NCBI RefSeq assembly: GCF_009914755.1 | Contig: NC_060929.1 | Length of the DNA stretch: 64,000 bases | Strand: one strand, 5' to 3' | DNA from: the human T2T-CHM13v2.0 reference genome, Homo sapiens | Part shown: positions 44,774-59,505 of the stretch, in pieces | Numbering within the stretch: the first letter of the stretch is position 1 | Layout: each line of letters starts with the position of its first letter | Translations under genes and position numbers: made by a program | Notes under the pieces: generated by a model | Told to the model about the DNA's origin: nothing | What the model saw: the letters and a program-made list of their open reading frames with translations, nothing else | The model's database searches: none

Positions 44774-45790
44774 TTACATTTTGGCATGATTTTGCAGTGG
44801 CTGGTACCATTTGTTCCTCTCCATGTTTAGTGCTTCCTTCAGGAGCTCTTTTAGGGCATGCCTGGTGGTGACAAAATCTCTCAGCATTTGCTTGTCTGTA
44901 AAGGATTTTATTTCTCCTTCACTTATGAAGCTTAGTTTGGCTGGATATGAAATTCTGGGTTGAAAATTCTTTTCTTTAAGAATGTTGAATATTGGCCCCC
45001 ACTCTCTTCTGGCTTGTAGAGTTTCTGCTGAGAGATCCGCTGTTAGTCTGATGGGCTTCCCTTTGAGGGTAACCCGACCTTTCTCTCTGGCTGCCCTTAA
45101 CATTTTTTCCTTCATTTCAACTTTGGTGAATCTGACAATTATGTGTCTTGGAGTTGCTCTTCTCGAGGAGTATCTTTTTGGCATTCTCTGTATTTCCTGA
45201 ATCTGAATTTTGGCCTGCCTTGCTACATTGGGGAAGTTCTCCTGGATAATATCCTGCAGAGTGTTTTCCAACTTGGTCCCATTCTCCCCGTCACTTTCAG
45301 GTACACCAATCAGACATAGATTTGGTCTTTTCACATAGTCCCATATTTCTTGGAGGGTTTGCCCGTTTCTTTTTATTCTTTTTTCTCTAAACTTCCCTTC
45401 TCACTTCATTTCATTCATTTCATCTTCCATCGCTGATACCTTTTCTTCCAGTTGATTGCATCAGCTCCTGAGGCTTCTGCATTCTTCATGTAGTTCTCGA
45501 GCCTTGGTTTTCAGCTCCATCAGCTCCTTTAAGCACTTCTCTGTATTGGTTATTCTAGTTATACATTCTTCTCAATTTTTTTCAAAGTTTTCAACTTCTT
45601 TACCTTTGGTTTGAATGTCCTCCAGTACCTCAGCGTAATTTGATTGTCTGAAGCCTTCTTCTCTCAGCTCATCAAAGTCATTCTCCATCCAGCTCTGTTC
45701 CGTTGCTGGTGAGGAACTGCGTTCCTTTGGACGAGGAGAGGCACTCTGCTTTTTAGAGTTTCCAGTTTTTCTGCTCTGTTTTTTCCCCAT
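44774..45790 (-). pseudogene. L1 ORF1, frameshifted
   Basis: The N-terminal 72-aa ORF (45572-45790) and the C-terminal 186-aa ORF (44774-45334, ...PLQNHAKM) are separated by a stop/frameshift. Confidence 0.9.
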
Positions 45791-46695
45791 TTTTGTGGTT
45801 TTATCTACTATTGGTCTTTGATGATGGTGATGTACAGATGGGTTTTTGGTGTGGATGTCCTTTCTGTTTGTTAGTTTTCCTTCTAACAGACAGGACCCTC
45901 AGCTGCAGGTCTGTTGGAGTACCCAGCCGTGTGAGGTGTCAGTCTGCCCCTGCTGGGAGGTGCCTCCCAGTTAGGCTGCTCAGGGGTCAGGGGTCAGGGA
46001 CCCATCTGAGGAGGCAGTCTGCCCGTTCTCAGATCTCCAGCTGCATGCTGGGAGAACCACTGCTCTCTTCAAAGCTGTCAGACAAGGACATTTAAGTCTG
46101 CAGAGGTCACTGCTGTCTTTTTGTTTGTCTGTGCCCTGCCCCCAGAGGTGGAGCCTACAGAGGCAGGCAGGCCTCCTTGAGCTGTGGTGGGCTCCACCCA
46201 GTTTGAGCTTCCTGGCTGCTTTGTTTACGTAAGCAAGCCTGGGCAATGGTGGGCGCCCCTCCCCCAGCCTCGCTGCCACCTTGCAGTTTGATCTCAGACT
46301 GCTGTGCTAGCAATCAGCGAGACTCTGTTGGCGTAGGACCCTCCAAGCCAGCTGCAGGATATAATCTCCTGGTGCCGTTTTTTAAGGCCGTCAGAAAAGC
46401 GCAGTATTCAGGTGGGAGTGACCCAATTTTCCCGGTGCTGTCTGTCACCCCTTTCTTTGACTAGGAAAGGGAACTCCCTGACCCCTTGTGCTTCCCGAGT
46501 GAGGCAATGCCTCACCCTGCTTCGGCTCGCGCATGGTGCATGCACCCACTGACCTGCGCCCACTGTCTGGCACTCCCTAGTGAGATGAACCCAGTACCTC
46601 AGATGGAAATGCAGAAATCACCCGTCTTCTGTGACGCTCTCACTGGGAGTTGTAGACCAGAGCTGTTCCTATTCGGCCATCTTGGCTCCTCCCCC
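45791..46695 (-). promoter_or_regulatory. L1 5'UTR internal sense and antisense promoter
   Basis: Intact YY1 motif caagatggcc near the 5' end; many CpGs decayed; activity unknown. Confidence 0.7.
46246..46464 (+). CDS. L1 antisense ORF0 (72 codons; C-terminal ~30 aa appear frameshifted)
   Basis: MVGAPPPASLPPCSLISDCCASNQRDSVGVGPS matches the primate L1 ORF0 N-terminus at the expected 5'UTR position (~nt 450, antisense). Confidence 0.75.
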   Translation: MVGAPPPASLPPCSLISDCCASNQRDSVGVGPSKPAAGYNLLVPFFKAVRKAQYSGGSDPIFPVLSVTPFFD

Positions 46696-49600
46696 AGGAA
46701 AAGAATTTTCAACCCAGAATTTCATATCCAGCCAAACTAAGCTTCAAACGTGAAGGAGAAATAAAATCCTTTACAGACAACCCAATCCTGAGAGATTTTG
46801 TCACCACCAGGCCTGCCTTACAAGAGCTCCTGAAGAAAGCACTAAATTTGGAAAGGAACAACCGGTAACAGCCACTGCAAAAACATACCAAACTGTAAAG
46901 ACCATCAACACTATGAAGAAACTGCATCAACTAATGGGCAAAATAACCAGCTAGCATCATAATGACAGGATCAAATTCACACATAACAATATTAACTTTA
47001 AATGTAAATGGGATAAATGCCCCAATTAAAAGACACAGACTGGCAAATTGGATAAAGAGGCAAGATCCATTGTTGTGCTGTATTCAGGAGACCAATCTCA
47101 CGTGCAACAACACACATAGGCTCAAAACAAAGGGGTGGAGGAATATTTACCAAGCAAATGGAAAGCAAATAAAAAAGCAGAGGTTGCCATCCTAATTTCT
47201 GATAAAACAGACTTTAAACCAACAAAGATCAAAAAAAGACAAAGAAGGGCATTACATAATGGTAAAGGGATCAATGCAACAAGAAGAGCTAACTATCCTA
47301 AATATATTTGTACCCAATACAGGAGTACTCAGATTCATAAAGCAAGTTTGTAGAGAACTACAAAGAGACTTTTAGACTCCCACACAATAATATTGGGAGA
47401 CTTTAACACCCCACTGTCAATATTAGACACATCATTGAGACAGAAAATTAACAAGGATATTCAGGACTTGATCTCAGCTCTGGACCAAGCAGACTTAATA
47501 GGCATCTACAGGACTCTCCACCCAAAATCAACAGAATATACATTCTTCTTAGCACCTTGTCACACTGATTCTAAAATTGACCACATAATTGGAAGTAAAA
47601 CACTCCTCAGCAAATGCAAAAGAACAGAAATCATAACAAACAGTCTCTCAGACCACAGTGCAAATTAGAACTCAGGATTAAGAAACTCACTCAAAACCAC
47701 ACAACTACATGGAAACTGAATAACCTGCTCCTGAATGACTACTGGGTAAATAATGAAATTAAGGTAGAAATAAATAAGTTCTTTGAAACCAGTGAGAACA
47801 AAGATACAATGTACCAGAATCTCTAGGACACAGCTAAAGTACTGTTTACAGGGAAATTTATAGGACCAAATGCCCACAGGAGAAAGCAGGAATGATCTAA
47901 AATCGACACCCTAACGTCACAATTAAAAGAACTAAAGAAGCAAGAGCAAACAAATTCAAAAGCTAACAGAAGACAAGAAACAACTAAGACCAGAGCAGAA
48001 TTGAAGGAGATACAGACATGAAAAACCCTTCAAAAAATCAATGAATCCAGGAGCTGTTTTTTTTTAAAAAAGATTAACAAAATAGATAGACCACTAGCCA
48101 GACTAATAAAGAAGAAAAGAGAGAAGAATCAAATAGACACAATAAAAAATGATAAAGGGGATATCACCACTGATCCCGCAGAAATACAAATTACTATCAG
48201 AGTATACTATGAACAGCTCTATGCAAATAAACTAGAAAATCTAGAAGAAATGGATAAATTCCTGGACACATACACCCTTTCAAGACTAAATCAGGAAGAA
48301 ATTGAATCCCTAAATAGACCAATACAAAGTTCTGAATTGAGGCAGTAATTAATAGCTTACCAATCATAAAAGGCCCAGGACCAGACAGATTCACAACTGA
48401 ATTCTACCAGAGGTACAAAGAGGAGCTGGTACCATTCCTTCTGAAACTACTCCAATCAATAGAAAAAGAGGGAGTCCTCCCTAACTCATTTTATGAAGCC
48501 AGTATCATCCTGAAGCCAAAGCCTGGCAGAGACACAACAACGAAAAAATTTCAGGCCGATATCCCTGATGAATATCTATGCAAAAATCTTCAATAAAATA
48601 CTGGCAAACAGAATCCAGCAGCACATCAAAAAGCTTACGCACCATGATCAGGTCAGCTTCATCCCTGGGATACAAGGCTGGTTCAACATATGCAAATCAT
48701 TAAACACAACCCATCACATAAACAGAACCAATGACAAAAACCTCATGATTATCTCAATAGATGCAGAAAAGGCCTTTGATAAAATTCAACACCCCTTCAT
48801 GCTAAAAACTCTCAATACACTAGGTATTGATGAAACATATCTCAAAATAGTAAGAGCTATTTATGACAAACCCACAGCCAATATCATACCAAATGGGCAA
48901 AAGCTGGACGCATTCTCTTTGAAAACAGGCACAAGACAAGGATGTCCTCTCTCACCACTCCTATTCAACACAGTATTGGAAGTTCTGGCCAGGGCAATCA
49001 GGCAAGAGAACGAAATAAAGGATATTCAGATAGAAAGAGAGGAAGTCAAATTGTCTCTGTTTGCAGATGACATGATCATATATTTAGAAAACCCCATTGT
49101 CTCAGGCCCAAATCTCCTTAAGCTGATAAGCAACTTCAGCAAAGTCTCAGGATACAAAATCAATGTGTGAAAATCACAAACATTCCTATACATCAGTAAT
49201 AGACAAACAGAGAGCCAAATCATGAGCAAACTCCCATTTACAATTGCTACAAAGAGAATAAAATACCTAGGAATACAACTTACAAAGGATGTGAAGGACC
49301 TCTTCAAGGAGAACTACAAACCACTGCTCAAGGAAATAAGAGAGGACAAAAACAAATGGAAAAACATTCCATGCTCACTGATAAAAAGAATCAGTATCAT
49401 GAAAATGCCCATACTACCCAAAGTAATTTATAGATTCAATGCTATCCCCATCAAGCTACCACTGACTTTCTTCACAGAATTAGAAAAAAGCTACTTTAAA
49501 TTTCATACAGAACCAAAAAAGAGCCCACATTGCCAAGACAATCCTAAGCAAAAAGAACAAAGCTGGAGGCATCATGCTACCTGACTTCAAACTATACTGC

Positions 49601-51899
49601 AAGGCTACAGTAACCAAAACAGCATGGTACTGGTACCAAAACAGATATATAGACAAATGGAACAGAATGTAGACCTCAGAAATAATGCCACACATCTAAA
49701 AACATCTGATCTTTGACAAACCTGACAAAAACAAGCAATGGGGAAAGGATTCCCTATTTAATAAATGGTGTTGGGGAAACTGGCTAACCATATGCAGGAA
49801 ACTGAAACTGGACCCCTTCCTTACAACTTATACAAAAATTAACTCAAGATGGATTAAAGACTTAAACATAAGACCTAAAACCATAAAAACCCTAGAAGAA
49901 AACCTAGGCAATACTATTATGGACATAGGCCTGGCCAAAGACTTCATGACTAAAACACCAAAAGCAATGGCCACAGAAGCCAAAATTGACAAATGGAATC
50001 TAATCAAAGAGCTTCTTCACAGCTGAAGAAACTATCATCAGAGTGAACAGGCAAACTACAGAATAGGGAACATTTTTGCCATCTATCCATCTGACAAAGG
50101 TCTAACATCTAGAATCTACAAGGAACTTACACAAATTTATAAGAAAAAAACAAAGAAACCCATCAAAAAGTGGGCGAAGGATATGAACAGACACTTCTCA
50201 AAAGAAGACTTTTATGCGGCCAACAAACATATAAACAAAGCTCATTACCACTGGTCATTAGACAAATGCAAATCAAAACCACAATGAGATACCATCTCAT
50301 GCCAGTTAGAATGGTGATAATTAAAATGTCTGGAAACAACAGATGCTGGAGAGGACGTGGAGAAAAAGGAATGCTTTTACACTGTTGGTGGGAGTGTAAA
50401 TTAGTTCAACCATTGTGGAAGATAGTGTGGCAATTCCTCAAGGATCTAGAACCAGATACACCATTTGACCCAGCAATCCCATTACCGGATATATACCCAA
50501 AGAAATATAAATCATTCTACTGTAAAGACACATGCACATGTATGTTTATTGCAGAACTGTTTACAGTGCAAAGACTTGGAACCAACCCAAACGCCCATCA
50601 ACGATAGACTGGATTAAGAAAATGTGGCATTCATACCATGGAATACTATGCAGCCATAAAAAGGATGAGTTCATGTCCTTTGCAGGGACATGGATGAAGC
50701 TGGAAACCATCATTCTCAGCAAGCTAACACAGGAACAGAAAACCAAACACCGCATGTTCTCACTCATAAGTGGGATTTGAACAATGAGAACACATGGACA
50801 CAGGGAGGGGAACATCACACACCAGGGCCTGTCGGTGGGTGGAGACTAGGGGAGGGATAGCATTAGGAGAAATACCTAATGTAGATGATGGGTTGATTGG
50901 TGTGGCAAACCACCAAGGTATGTTTATACCTATGTAGCAAACCTGCACATTCTACACATGTATCCCAGAAATTAAAGTATAATAAAAAAAAATAAGTTAA
51001 TTATAAACTAAAGGATAGTCATCAAGAGTTCATAAGCCTTTTAAAGTATTCTCTCCTAAATAAGCATATTTTATACTTTATCAAATGATGTTGTCTTTCC
51101 TAGGTATTTCTACCTGCAGAAAACAAACTAATAAACAAAACCAGACCAAAACTGTGGGAAGAAGAAAGCAGGCTGAATACAAAACATGTTGCATAGGAAA
51201 TTCCAAGCTTTATCTCTAATTATAAAATGTCTAGAATACTGCAGGCAGCAAAAAGCAACTCAACAAATATAAAGAGATAACTACAGATGTGAAGTCATTA
51301 TCAAAGACTAAGGAGAAGAAATAAAAAAAAGGTTCAATCATGTAGCCCATTACAAAGATCAATGGCATCAATAAACACTGCCTTATGTTCCAAGTTGCAT
51401 ATACATCAGCTTTCCCAGCAGCTAGGAGCCTTGGCAGCTCCGAGAGACCAGGGACCAGACAATATATCTTTTGATTTATCATGATTATTTATATGGTGTT
51501 ATAGATTGCAAATATATATTAAATTTAATTAAATATCTGAAAAAAGATATAAAATCACAAAAACTAAAACCTTACAAAAGCTTCAAACTTCTAGCAACAA
51601 TGGCACTTACATAGGAGTCTTAGCCAAGGAGCAAGGAAAGAAAGTAAGTGGGGTCAATGTCTCTTAGGTGTGCACACATCTCTGTGGTTAATTTCCTCAT
51701 ACCTTTCTTCAAAGCCCAAGATAAGTAAGTTATAAAATTTGTTTAGAACAATTGAGCCCATTCTCCTTTCCATTAGCATTAGATGGCTAAACTATACCAA
51801 TAGCTTATTGTAATTGAAAGACTAAGCCTTCTACACAAAATGTATATATTGGAATAACCATAAATGTAATATATATATGAAAGTCGTGACTGCATACTA

Positions 51900-52105
51900 T
51901 AAGATAGCAACACATGTGCTTTGTACTAAGCACTTTCATATATCTCACTTCATCCTCAACTCTGATTGAAACTTATCCAATAAGACATAAAAAATTGAAA
52001 AGTGAAGTTCAGTGACTCAATCCAAGGTCACTCAGTCAGTAAGTGGTAGAGAGGATTCAAAGCCAGGCAGTCTGACTTTAGAGCCTATGCTCTTAACCAC
52101 TACCA
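51900..52105 (-). mobile_element. MIR
   Basis: tccaaggtcactcagtcagtaagtggtagagaggattcaaagccaggcagtctgactttagagcc. Confidence 0.7.
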
Positions 52106-53739
52106 TATCCACTCTCTTTCATACTACAGGTTGGAGGAACCATGGAAAGAAAGTAGTAACACAAAGAAGCAAAATCAATTATAAGGAGGGATAAAGGGAA
52201 GGAAGAAAAGGCTTAACAAAGAAACCAAAAGGGAAAGGAGAAGCAAGGAAGGGAAGAAAGGAAAGAAAGACAAGATATAGGTACTAATAAAAGAAGGCAG
52301 TTGCATGAAGTTCTGTGTCCTTGCTGTATGATTTTCTCAGTGAAACTGTAGGAAAATGAGAAATCTTCATCTCCTCTCAGCATAAAACATTAAGTGCCAT
52401 ATCAAAATCTCATAAAAGAAAATACCAATATATGTATGAGTCACACTTCCACTTCTACTCCCCAAAATTGCCTGATTTCTTCATTGTAAGTAAGATATTG
52501 GGTCTCCCTTGAATGAACCCATCGCAGCATTTTCTATTTCAGTTCATAATACAGAAAATCGCTGCCTATATTAAACACCTTTTCCCAATGAGGCTGGCAG
52601 GCTGCACTGAGAATCAGAGGCACCAACCCCCAAACAAGTTTTCACTGAGACTCTGCTCAAATGTCTGTCATAATGTGAATGATGAAGGAAGACGGGAAGC
52701 AGCAGTAGCAGGACAATCTGTCAAAAAAAAAGCATAGCCAGCCACAGGGATCAGTGTTTTTATGCTAACTAGATTTCCCCGCAAATTTAAGTGGAAGAGA
52801 GACAGCAGAGGGTTTATTAGCATATATGTGGAGGGGAGGGAGGGGCTGTCAATGAGCTCTGGATGATCATACAGTTTCTTCCTGTTCTATGATTCCGTAT
52901 ATCTATAATTTCAAAGCACAATGATATATTTGCAAAGGGAAGTCAAGAGGCCCAAGTTCTGGGCTCTGCTCTCAGTCTTAAGCAACCTGTCTAATTTTTC
53001 TGGGCCTAGGTTTCCGTATCTTTAAAATACAGTGTCCTTTTTAGCTTTTATAATCTATGACTTTTTGATGACAACTACCTTTGATGATCACCATTTTGTA
53101 CATAAAAGCCAGCACGTGCACAAGTATGCAAACACATACACACACAAACATGAGCTCTAATTTGATATTATTATGACTCTCTACCTCCAGGTAGAACTAT
53201 AGCTATTTTATTCAAGATCAGTGTTTATGTAACCTAAAAATTTATTTGGATGACACATTTAATATCTTACTAGGAAACCTATTCCAATACCTATCAACAG
53301 AAACTTAAAGGAATTTTCCCACATATATAAACAATTGTTTTTGAATTGGTTTTTAAATCCTACATTAAGGCAAATAAAAGTCTTGAGTTCTTCTATTGGC
53401 TCAGGTATATAATTTCATGCCCACTTATATTTGATGAAACTAAAGTCTCTACACAGAATAAATTAGAAACTAGAGATATTTAGATGATGAAAGTAAAACT
53501 ACATCAATCAGGATTATCAATGAAGATGCTAAGTAAATGAAAATAAAGATCAGTAACCAACACAGCAAGTAATCACAGTTGTGAAATTTGAGAAGCAACA
53601 ATATACAAATGTTAGGATGTATTTATCTTTACATGCAGCCTTCTAGGTCATCTGCAATAAGGTATTTGAAGGTACATATGCCTGGAATTCAGTCATGAAA
53701 AAATAAAAAGAGTAATATCTGAACAAATATTTCTCCTAT

Positions 53740-53990
53740 TTCAATACTCAGCTCCAGCCACACCTCCTCTCCAAAGTTTTTCCTCATTCAGTTTCTCCAT
53801 TCCTCTTCAGTGCCTTCTGTCCCCAGCCCTGTAGAACTGTGTCTGTCTTGCACATAGAAAACTGTATTGCTCTTATTTTTTTATTTTGATGCTGGTCTCC
53901 CATTAGCTAGTGTTGAGTTTTTGAGGACAGTGAATATGTATTATTTGACTTGCACAATGCCTAGCACTCTGTAAATATCGAGATAAATAA
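53740..53990 (+). mobile_element. L2 3' fragment
   Basis: tctcccattagctagtgttgagtttttgaggacag...cacaatgcctagcac. Confidence 0.5.
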
Positions 53991-55341
53991 CTAATTTATG
54001 TAAATATAATACTGGATTCCTATCTGTAACATGCTGTTAATGTAGAGTATATTGAAATAAGATTTGGGTATAGGTACTTATGACCAAAGCCATTTTTCAT
54101 TTGAAGAAAATAGAAGTTATATATTCCTGTCTCTAGATTAACAACATAGCATTACAACTGACTACAGTAATGTTAATGGAACAAAAAGCTTAACATCTGA
54201 TATATATACCAAAGGTCTATAGTCCCCTAAAATTGTATAGAACATGTTTGGGAAAGTATGACTATTATTCTGGAAAGATAGATTCTCTAAATCTTCTGCT
54301 TTGTAGTTTATTGATTCTGGATGCTCTATGTTTAAGTGTGATAAATGGCAAGAAAATACTGATCCTCAGTCAAACCCAAGGAACAGCAAGGTACCCGAAA
54401 TTGAGGTTTAAAGAACACTTTTTAAAATGGTGGGAATTTAAAGCCTCCTGAATATATAACTTAAGTTTTGAGCATTTTGAGCTATTTTGATTAATCTCAC
54501 TCCTGTTTCTTCACTAAAACCCTTCCTGAGTATGATTAAAAACAGTGAAATAAATAGTGTGCTAAACTTTGAGCCTTCTTGATTTTGTTCTGAGTTTTTT
54601 GTTTTGTTTTGTTTCTTGCATTTGATCTGCTGACTTCATATGCTAAGAGATTACTATTCTGCAAGCAGTGACTGAAACCAAAATAATGAAAAGTGAAACA
54701 ACATCTTCAGAGTTAAATAATAACATCCCCATAAGGATTATTTATAAATTACAAAATCTTACTCTTTTCCTTTTCAGTGTTAGCACTGTTATTATAAAAT
54801 TGTCTATCCATATTTATAAAGATATAAATGAAAGTAATATCTCCAGAAAATGTAATCTCTACTTTTACCTTGTCTCCTGGGGAAGAGAAGATGAAATAAA
54901 CTTAAAAGCTGCTAAAAGTATTTCTACATAAAGCTCTTTTATGGGATGGAACTGAGAGTTGTTTAAAAAATCATAAAAGTTAGAATATCCCCATAATCAT
55001 GTACAAGTTTACCATTAAAATACAATAAAAAGACAGCTCATACTGCCAATCTCTTGTTGCCCTATAACATTTTGAGAAAAAATTAAAAGGCAGTATTGTC
55101 ACTCATACGAGAGATACCGTATGAAAGCATCATAACATGAAAATCTTCCTCATTTTTTTAAAAATAAAATAAATCCCAAATCACAGTTATTCATTGTTTT
55201 AAAATTCTGAATAGTTATATTAATTTCAACCTTTATGTATATATTCAGAAAAATGATATCCATACCATTCTTTCTAGCTTCTTCAGGAAACTAGAAACAT
55301 CAATGAAATTAGAAGTTCTATCTATCTTTTTTGGCATTGTC

Positions 55342-55344
<3 letters not shown>

Positions 55345-55377
<33 letters not shown>
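55345..55377. repeat. (TG)16 microsatellite
   Basis: Perfect TG run. Confidence 0.95.
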
Positions 55378-55378
<1 letters not shown>

Positions 55379-56689
55379 TGTATTCAATAAACATGTTATT
55401 TCTCCATTCTGTATGATACAGTAATGGTGGATACATGATATAATGTAATTGGCAAAACCCAAAACACACTGGAGATTTTCCTGAGAACTAAGTTTTAAGC
55501 TGTTGGCACCAGAGAACACTGTTGGCAGCTGTCTGTGATCTTTCCACTTCCCAGTTTCTTGCATTCTAGTAGCAACTTCTCTAATCACCTAACTCCAAGT
55601 TCTCAGAATGACCATGTAACCTTTTAATTACCTGTATTACATAATATCTTGTGTGAACTACCTAGAATAGCATATATTTCCCTGATGAATCTGGTCATAT
55701 GTATTTACAATCTTTCCCATCTTAGATGTCACTAAAGGGGAGAAAAGTACAAAACCCTAATGGTAGTAAGGAACTGAAAGAGAGTCATGAGAATACAAAA
55801 TATGTCAACAGATGTATAGATGACAAAGCAGATAAAGAAGAGATAGCACATGAAATAGAGTCAACCACAGGTTAGATTATCTAGAAGGGATATAAATATG
55901 ACAGACTGAGAGAGAGAAATTGCCTTTCCAGAAAGGCTAAGAATTCCAAAACACCACATGCAATGAAGACAGGAAAGGGTACAGGAGTGACATGGGGAAC
56001 TGACAATTACAAGTATCTATGGGTAGAAATAGCCACTATCCAACCCTGCAGGAAAGAGGACACCCAGGAGACAGGCCTCTCCAGCTTAGAGAAATATTTG
56101 AGGATTCTTTATAACTTCACTAAAATAAAACCTTTCTAAATCAAAATAATAGCTCCAGACAAAAGACTTCCATCATCTGGCATGTTCTGATCCCCCCCAG
56201 GAAAACTGTTAATTCATAGCCCCATGACTCCAAAGCAAAGTGCAAGTCAGAGCCCAATCAGCTTTTCATTCCTTAAACTTGAATAAAATTATAATCATAG
56301 CTCATCAGGCATCTAAAGAAAGCTTGCTTTGAAAAAAGACAGTCCAAGATACACAAATAAAGATAAAATAACCCCAAGTGAAGATAATTTGGAGAAGAGA
56401 AGAAAATTCATAAATACTCTAATAATTATTCTATGAGAGATTTAAGAAAATCTTGATTTCCATCACAAAGTTCTCTCTCTCTTGCTCTATGTTTCTCCAT
56501 CCCCCAGTAGATATGCCCACACTACTTTGATAAAATTCTTTTAAATTTGAAGAAGTTACTCTAAAAAGGGAATTTTTAAGTTAATTCAGTTATTTGATTT
56601 ATCCTCTTCCATCTATTTAGAATTACAGCAGAGCTTTGTAAAAGCCAACATTTTGGTTATAAAGACACCTTTTTCTATCTGTTCCCATG

Positions 56690-57114
56690 TGTGGAGACTA
56701 AAGCAACTCCATCTTCATTGTCAGTCCACCATACTGACATCTGATTTACCCCAGTTCCAGGAATGCCTCTAAGATTTATACTTTACCTACTGTTACCATA
56801 AATTCTACCCTTTGTTCAAAACAGCCTCAACCATAAATCCTTCCCTTAGGCAGATTTACATAGCATGCTTGCCTTTCCCTGAGGAGTTGATTTCAACTGT
56901 CCTACATGTTCCTTCACTACAGCAAATAATTCCTAGGTCTGGGGCTAACACTGCAGTGAACCACCATCTCCTCTTGCAGCCACCTGGGACCTGGCTATTA
57001 AATGTTTTTTGTTTTTTCATTTTTCCTGAGAAGCTGGATATGTCAGCCTCTTCAGCCTCTCAGCTTCCTTGAACTTTGGGGGTAGGTTTGCATAGATCTA
57101 TTCACTGCAGAACA
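56690..57114 (+). mobile_element. Solo LTR, MER31-like (ERV1)
   Basis: tgtggagactaaagcaactccatctt...ccccagttccaggaatgcctctaagatt...ggtaggtttgcataga...gaaca; flanked by the direct repeat ccatg (56685-56689 / 57115-57119). Confidence 0.75.
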
Positions 57115-57142
57115 CCATGTAATCTTAGAATTTGGTAATTGG

Positions 57143-59398
57143 TATCTCGATAGATGCAGAAAAGACCTTCGAAAAAATTCAACATCCTTTCATGATAAAA
57201 CTCTCAATAAACTAGATATTGATGGAACATTTCCCAAAGTAATAAGAGCTACTTCTGACAAACCCACAGCCAATATCATACTGAATGGCCAAAAGCGAGA
57301 AGCATTCCCTTTGAAAACTGGCCCAAGACAAGGATGCCCTCTCTCTCCACTCCTATTCAACATAGTATTGGATGTTCTGGCCAGGGCAATCAGGCAAGAG
57401 AAAGAAATAAAGCGTATTCAAATAGGAAAAGAGAAAGTCAAATTGTCTCTGTTTGCAGACAACTTGATCCTATATTTAGAAAACCCCATTGTCTCAGCCC
57501 CAAATCTCCTTAAGCTGATAAGCAACTTCAGCAAAGTCTCAGGATACAAAATCAGTGTGTGAAAATCACAAGCATTTCTTTACACTAACAATAGACAAGC
57601 AGAGAGCCAAATCATGAATGAACTCCCATTCACAATTGTTACAAAGAGAATAAAACACCTAGGAATACAGCTAACAAGGGACATGAAGGACCTCTTCAAG
57701 GAGAACTACAAACCACTGCTCAAGGAAATAAGAGAGGACACAAACAAATGGAAAAACATCCCATGCTCATGGATAGGAAGAATCAATATCATGAAAATGG
57801 CCATACAGCCCAAAGTAGTTTATAGATTAAGTGCTATTCTCATCAAACTACCATTGACTTTCTTCACAGAATTAGAAAAAAACTACTCTAAAATTCATAT
57901 GGAGCCATAAAAGAGCCCGTATAGCCAAAACAATTCTAAGCAAAAAGAATAAAGCTGGAGGCATCACACTACCTGACTTCAAACTATACTGCAAGGCTAC
58001 AGTAACCAAAACATGGTACAGGTATCAAAACAGACACATATACCAATGGAACAGAATAGAGACCTCAGATATAAGACCATCTGATCTTCAACAAACTTGA
58101 CAAAAACAAGCAATGGGGAAAGGATTCCCTGTTTAATAAATGATGCTGGGAAAACTGGCTAGCTATATGCAGAAGACTGAAAGTGGACCCCTTCCTTACA
58201 CCTTATACAAAAATCAATTCAAGATGGATTAAAGACTTAAATGTAAAACCCAAAACCATAAAAACCCTGGAAGAAAACCTAGGCAATCCCATTCACGACA
58301 TAGGCATGGGCAAAGATTTTATGATGGAATCACCAAAAGCAATCACAACAAAAGCTAAAATTGACAAATGGGATCTAATTAAAGAGCTTCTGCACAGCAA
58401 AAGAAACTGTCATCAGAGTGAACAGGCAATCTACAGAATGGGAGAACATTTTTGCAATCTACCCATCTGACAAAGGGCTACCATCCATAATTTACAAGGA
58501 ACTTAACCATATTTACAAGAAAAACACAAGAAAACCCATTAAAAAGTGGGCAAAAACATGAACAGACACTTCTCAAAAGAAGACATTCATGTGGGCAACA
58601 AACATATGAAAAAAAAGCACAACATCACTGATCATTAAAGAAATGCAAATCAAAACCACAATGAGATACCATCTCACACCAGTCAGAATGGCGCTTATTA
58701 AAAAGAAGTCATGAAACAACAGATGCTAGAGAGGCTGTGGAGAAAGAGGAACACTTTTTCATTGTTGGTGGGAATGTAAATTAGTTCAACCATTGTGGAA
58801 GACAGTGTGGCAACTCCTCAAGGATCTAGAACCAGAAATACCATTTGACCCAGCAATCCCATTACTGGATAAATACCTAGAGGAATATAAATAATTCTAT
58901 TATAAAGACACGTGCATATGTATGTTTATTGCAGCATTATTTACAATAGCAAAGACATAGAACCAACCCAAATGCCCATCAATGATAGACTGGATAAAGA
59001 AAATGTGGTACATATACACCATAGAATACTATACAGCCACAAATAGGAATGAGTTCATGTCCTTTGCAGGGACATGGATGAAGCTGGAAGCCATCATTCA
59101 CAGCAAACTAACACAGGATCAGAAAAGCAAACAGAAATCCATCTTACTCATAAGTGGGAGTTGAACAATGGGAACACATGGACACAGGGAGGGGAACAAC
59201 ACACACCAGGGCCTGTTGGGTCATGGGGGCACGAGGGGAGGGAGAGCATCAAGACAAATAGCTAATGCATGCAGGGCTTAAAACCCAGGTGATGGGTTGA
59301 TAGGTGCAGCAAATCATCGTGACACACATATACTGTGTAAGAAACCTGCATGTTCTGTATATGTATCCCAAAACTTAAAGAAGAAAGAAAGAAAGAAA

Positions 59399-59463
<65 letters not shown>

Positions 59464-59502
59464 AGGAAAGAAAGAAAGAAAAAGAGAAAGAAAAAGAAAG
59501 AA
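57143..59502 (+). mobile_element. 5'-truncated L1 (about PA8) with a (GAAA)n tail
   Basis: ORF2 RT-to-end fragments ([18 protein letters not shown]); perfect 16-bp TSD agaatttggtaattgg (57127-57142 / 59503-59518). Confidence 0.93.
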
Positions 59503-59505
59503 AGA
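59378..59505. repeat. Compound (GAAA)n tetranucleotide STR derived from the L1 tail
   Basis: About 128 bp of pure purine, mostly GAAA units. Confidence 0.95.
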
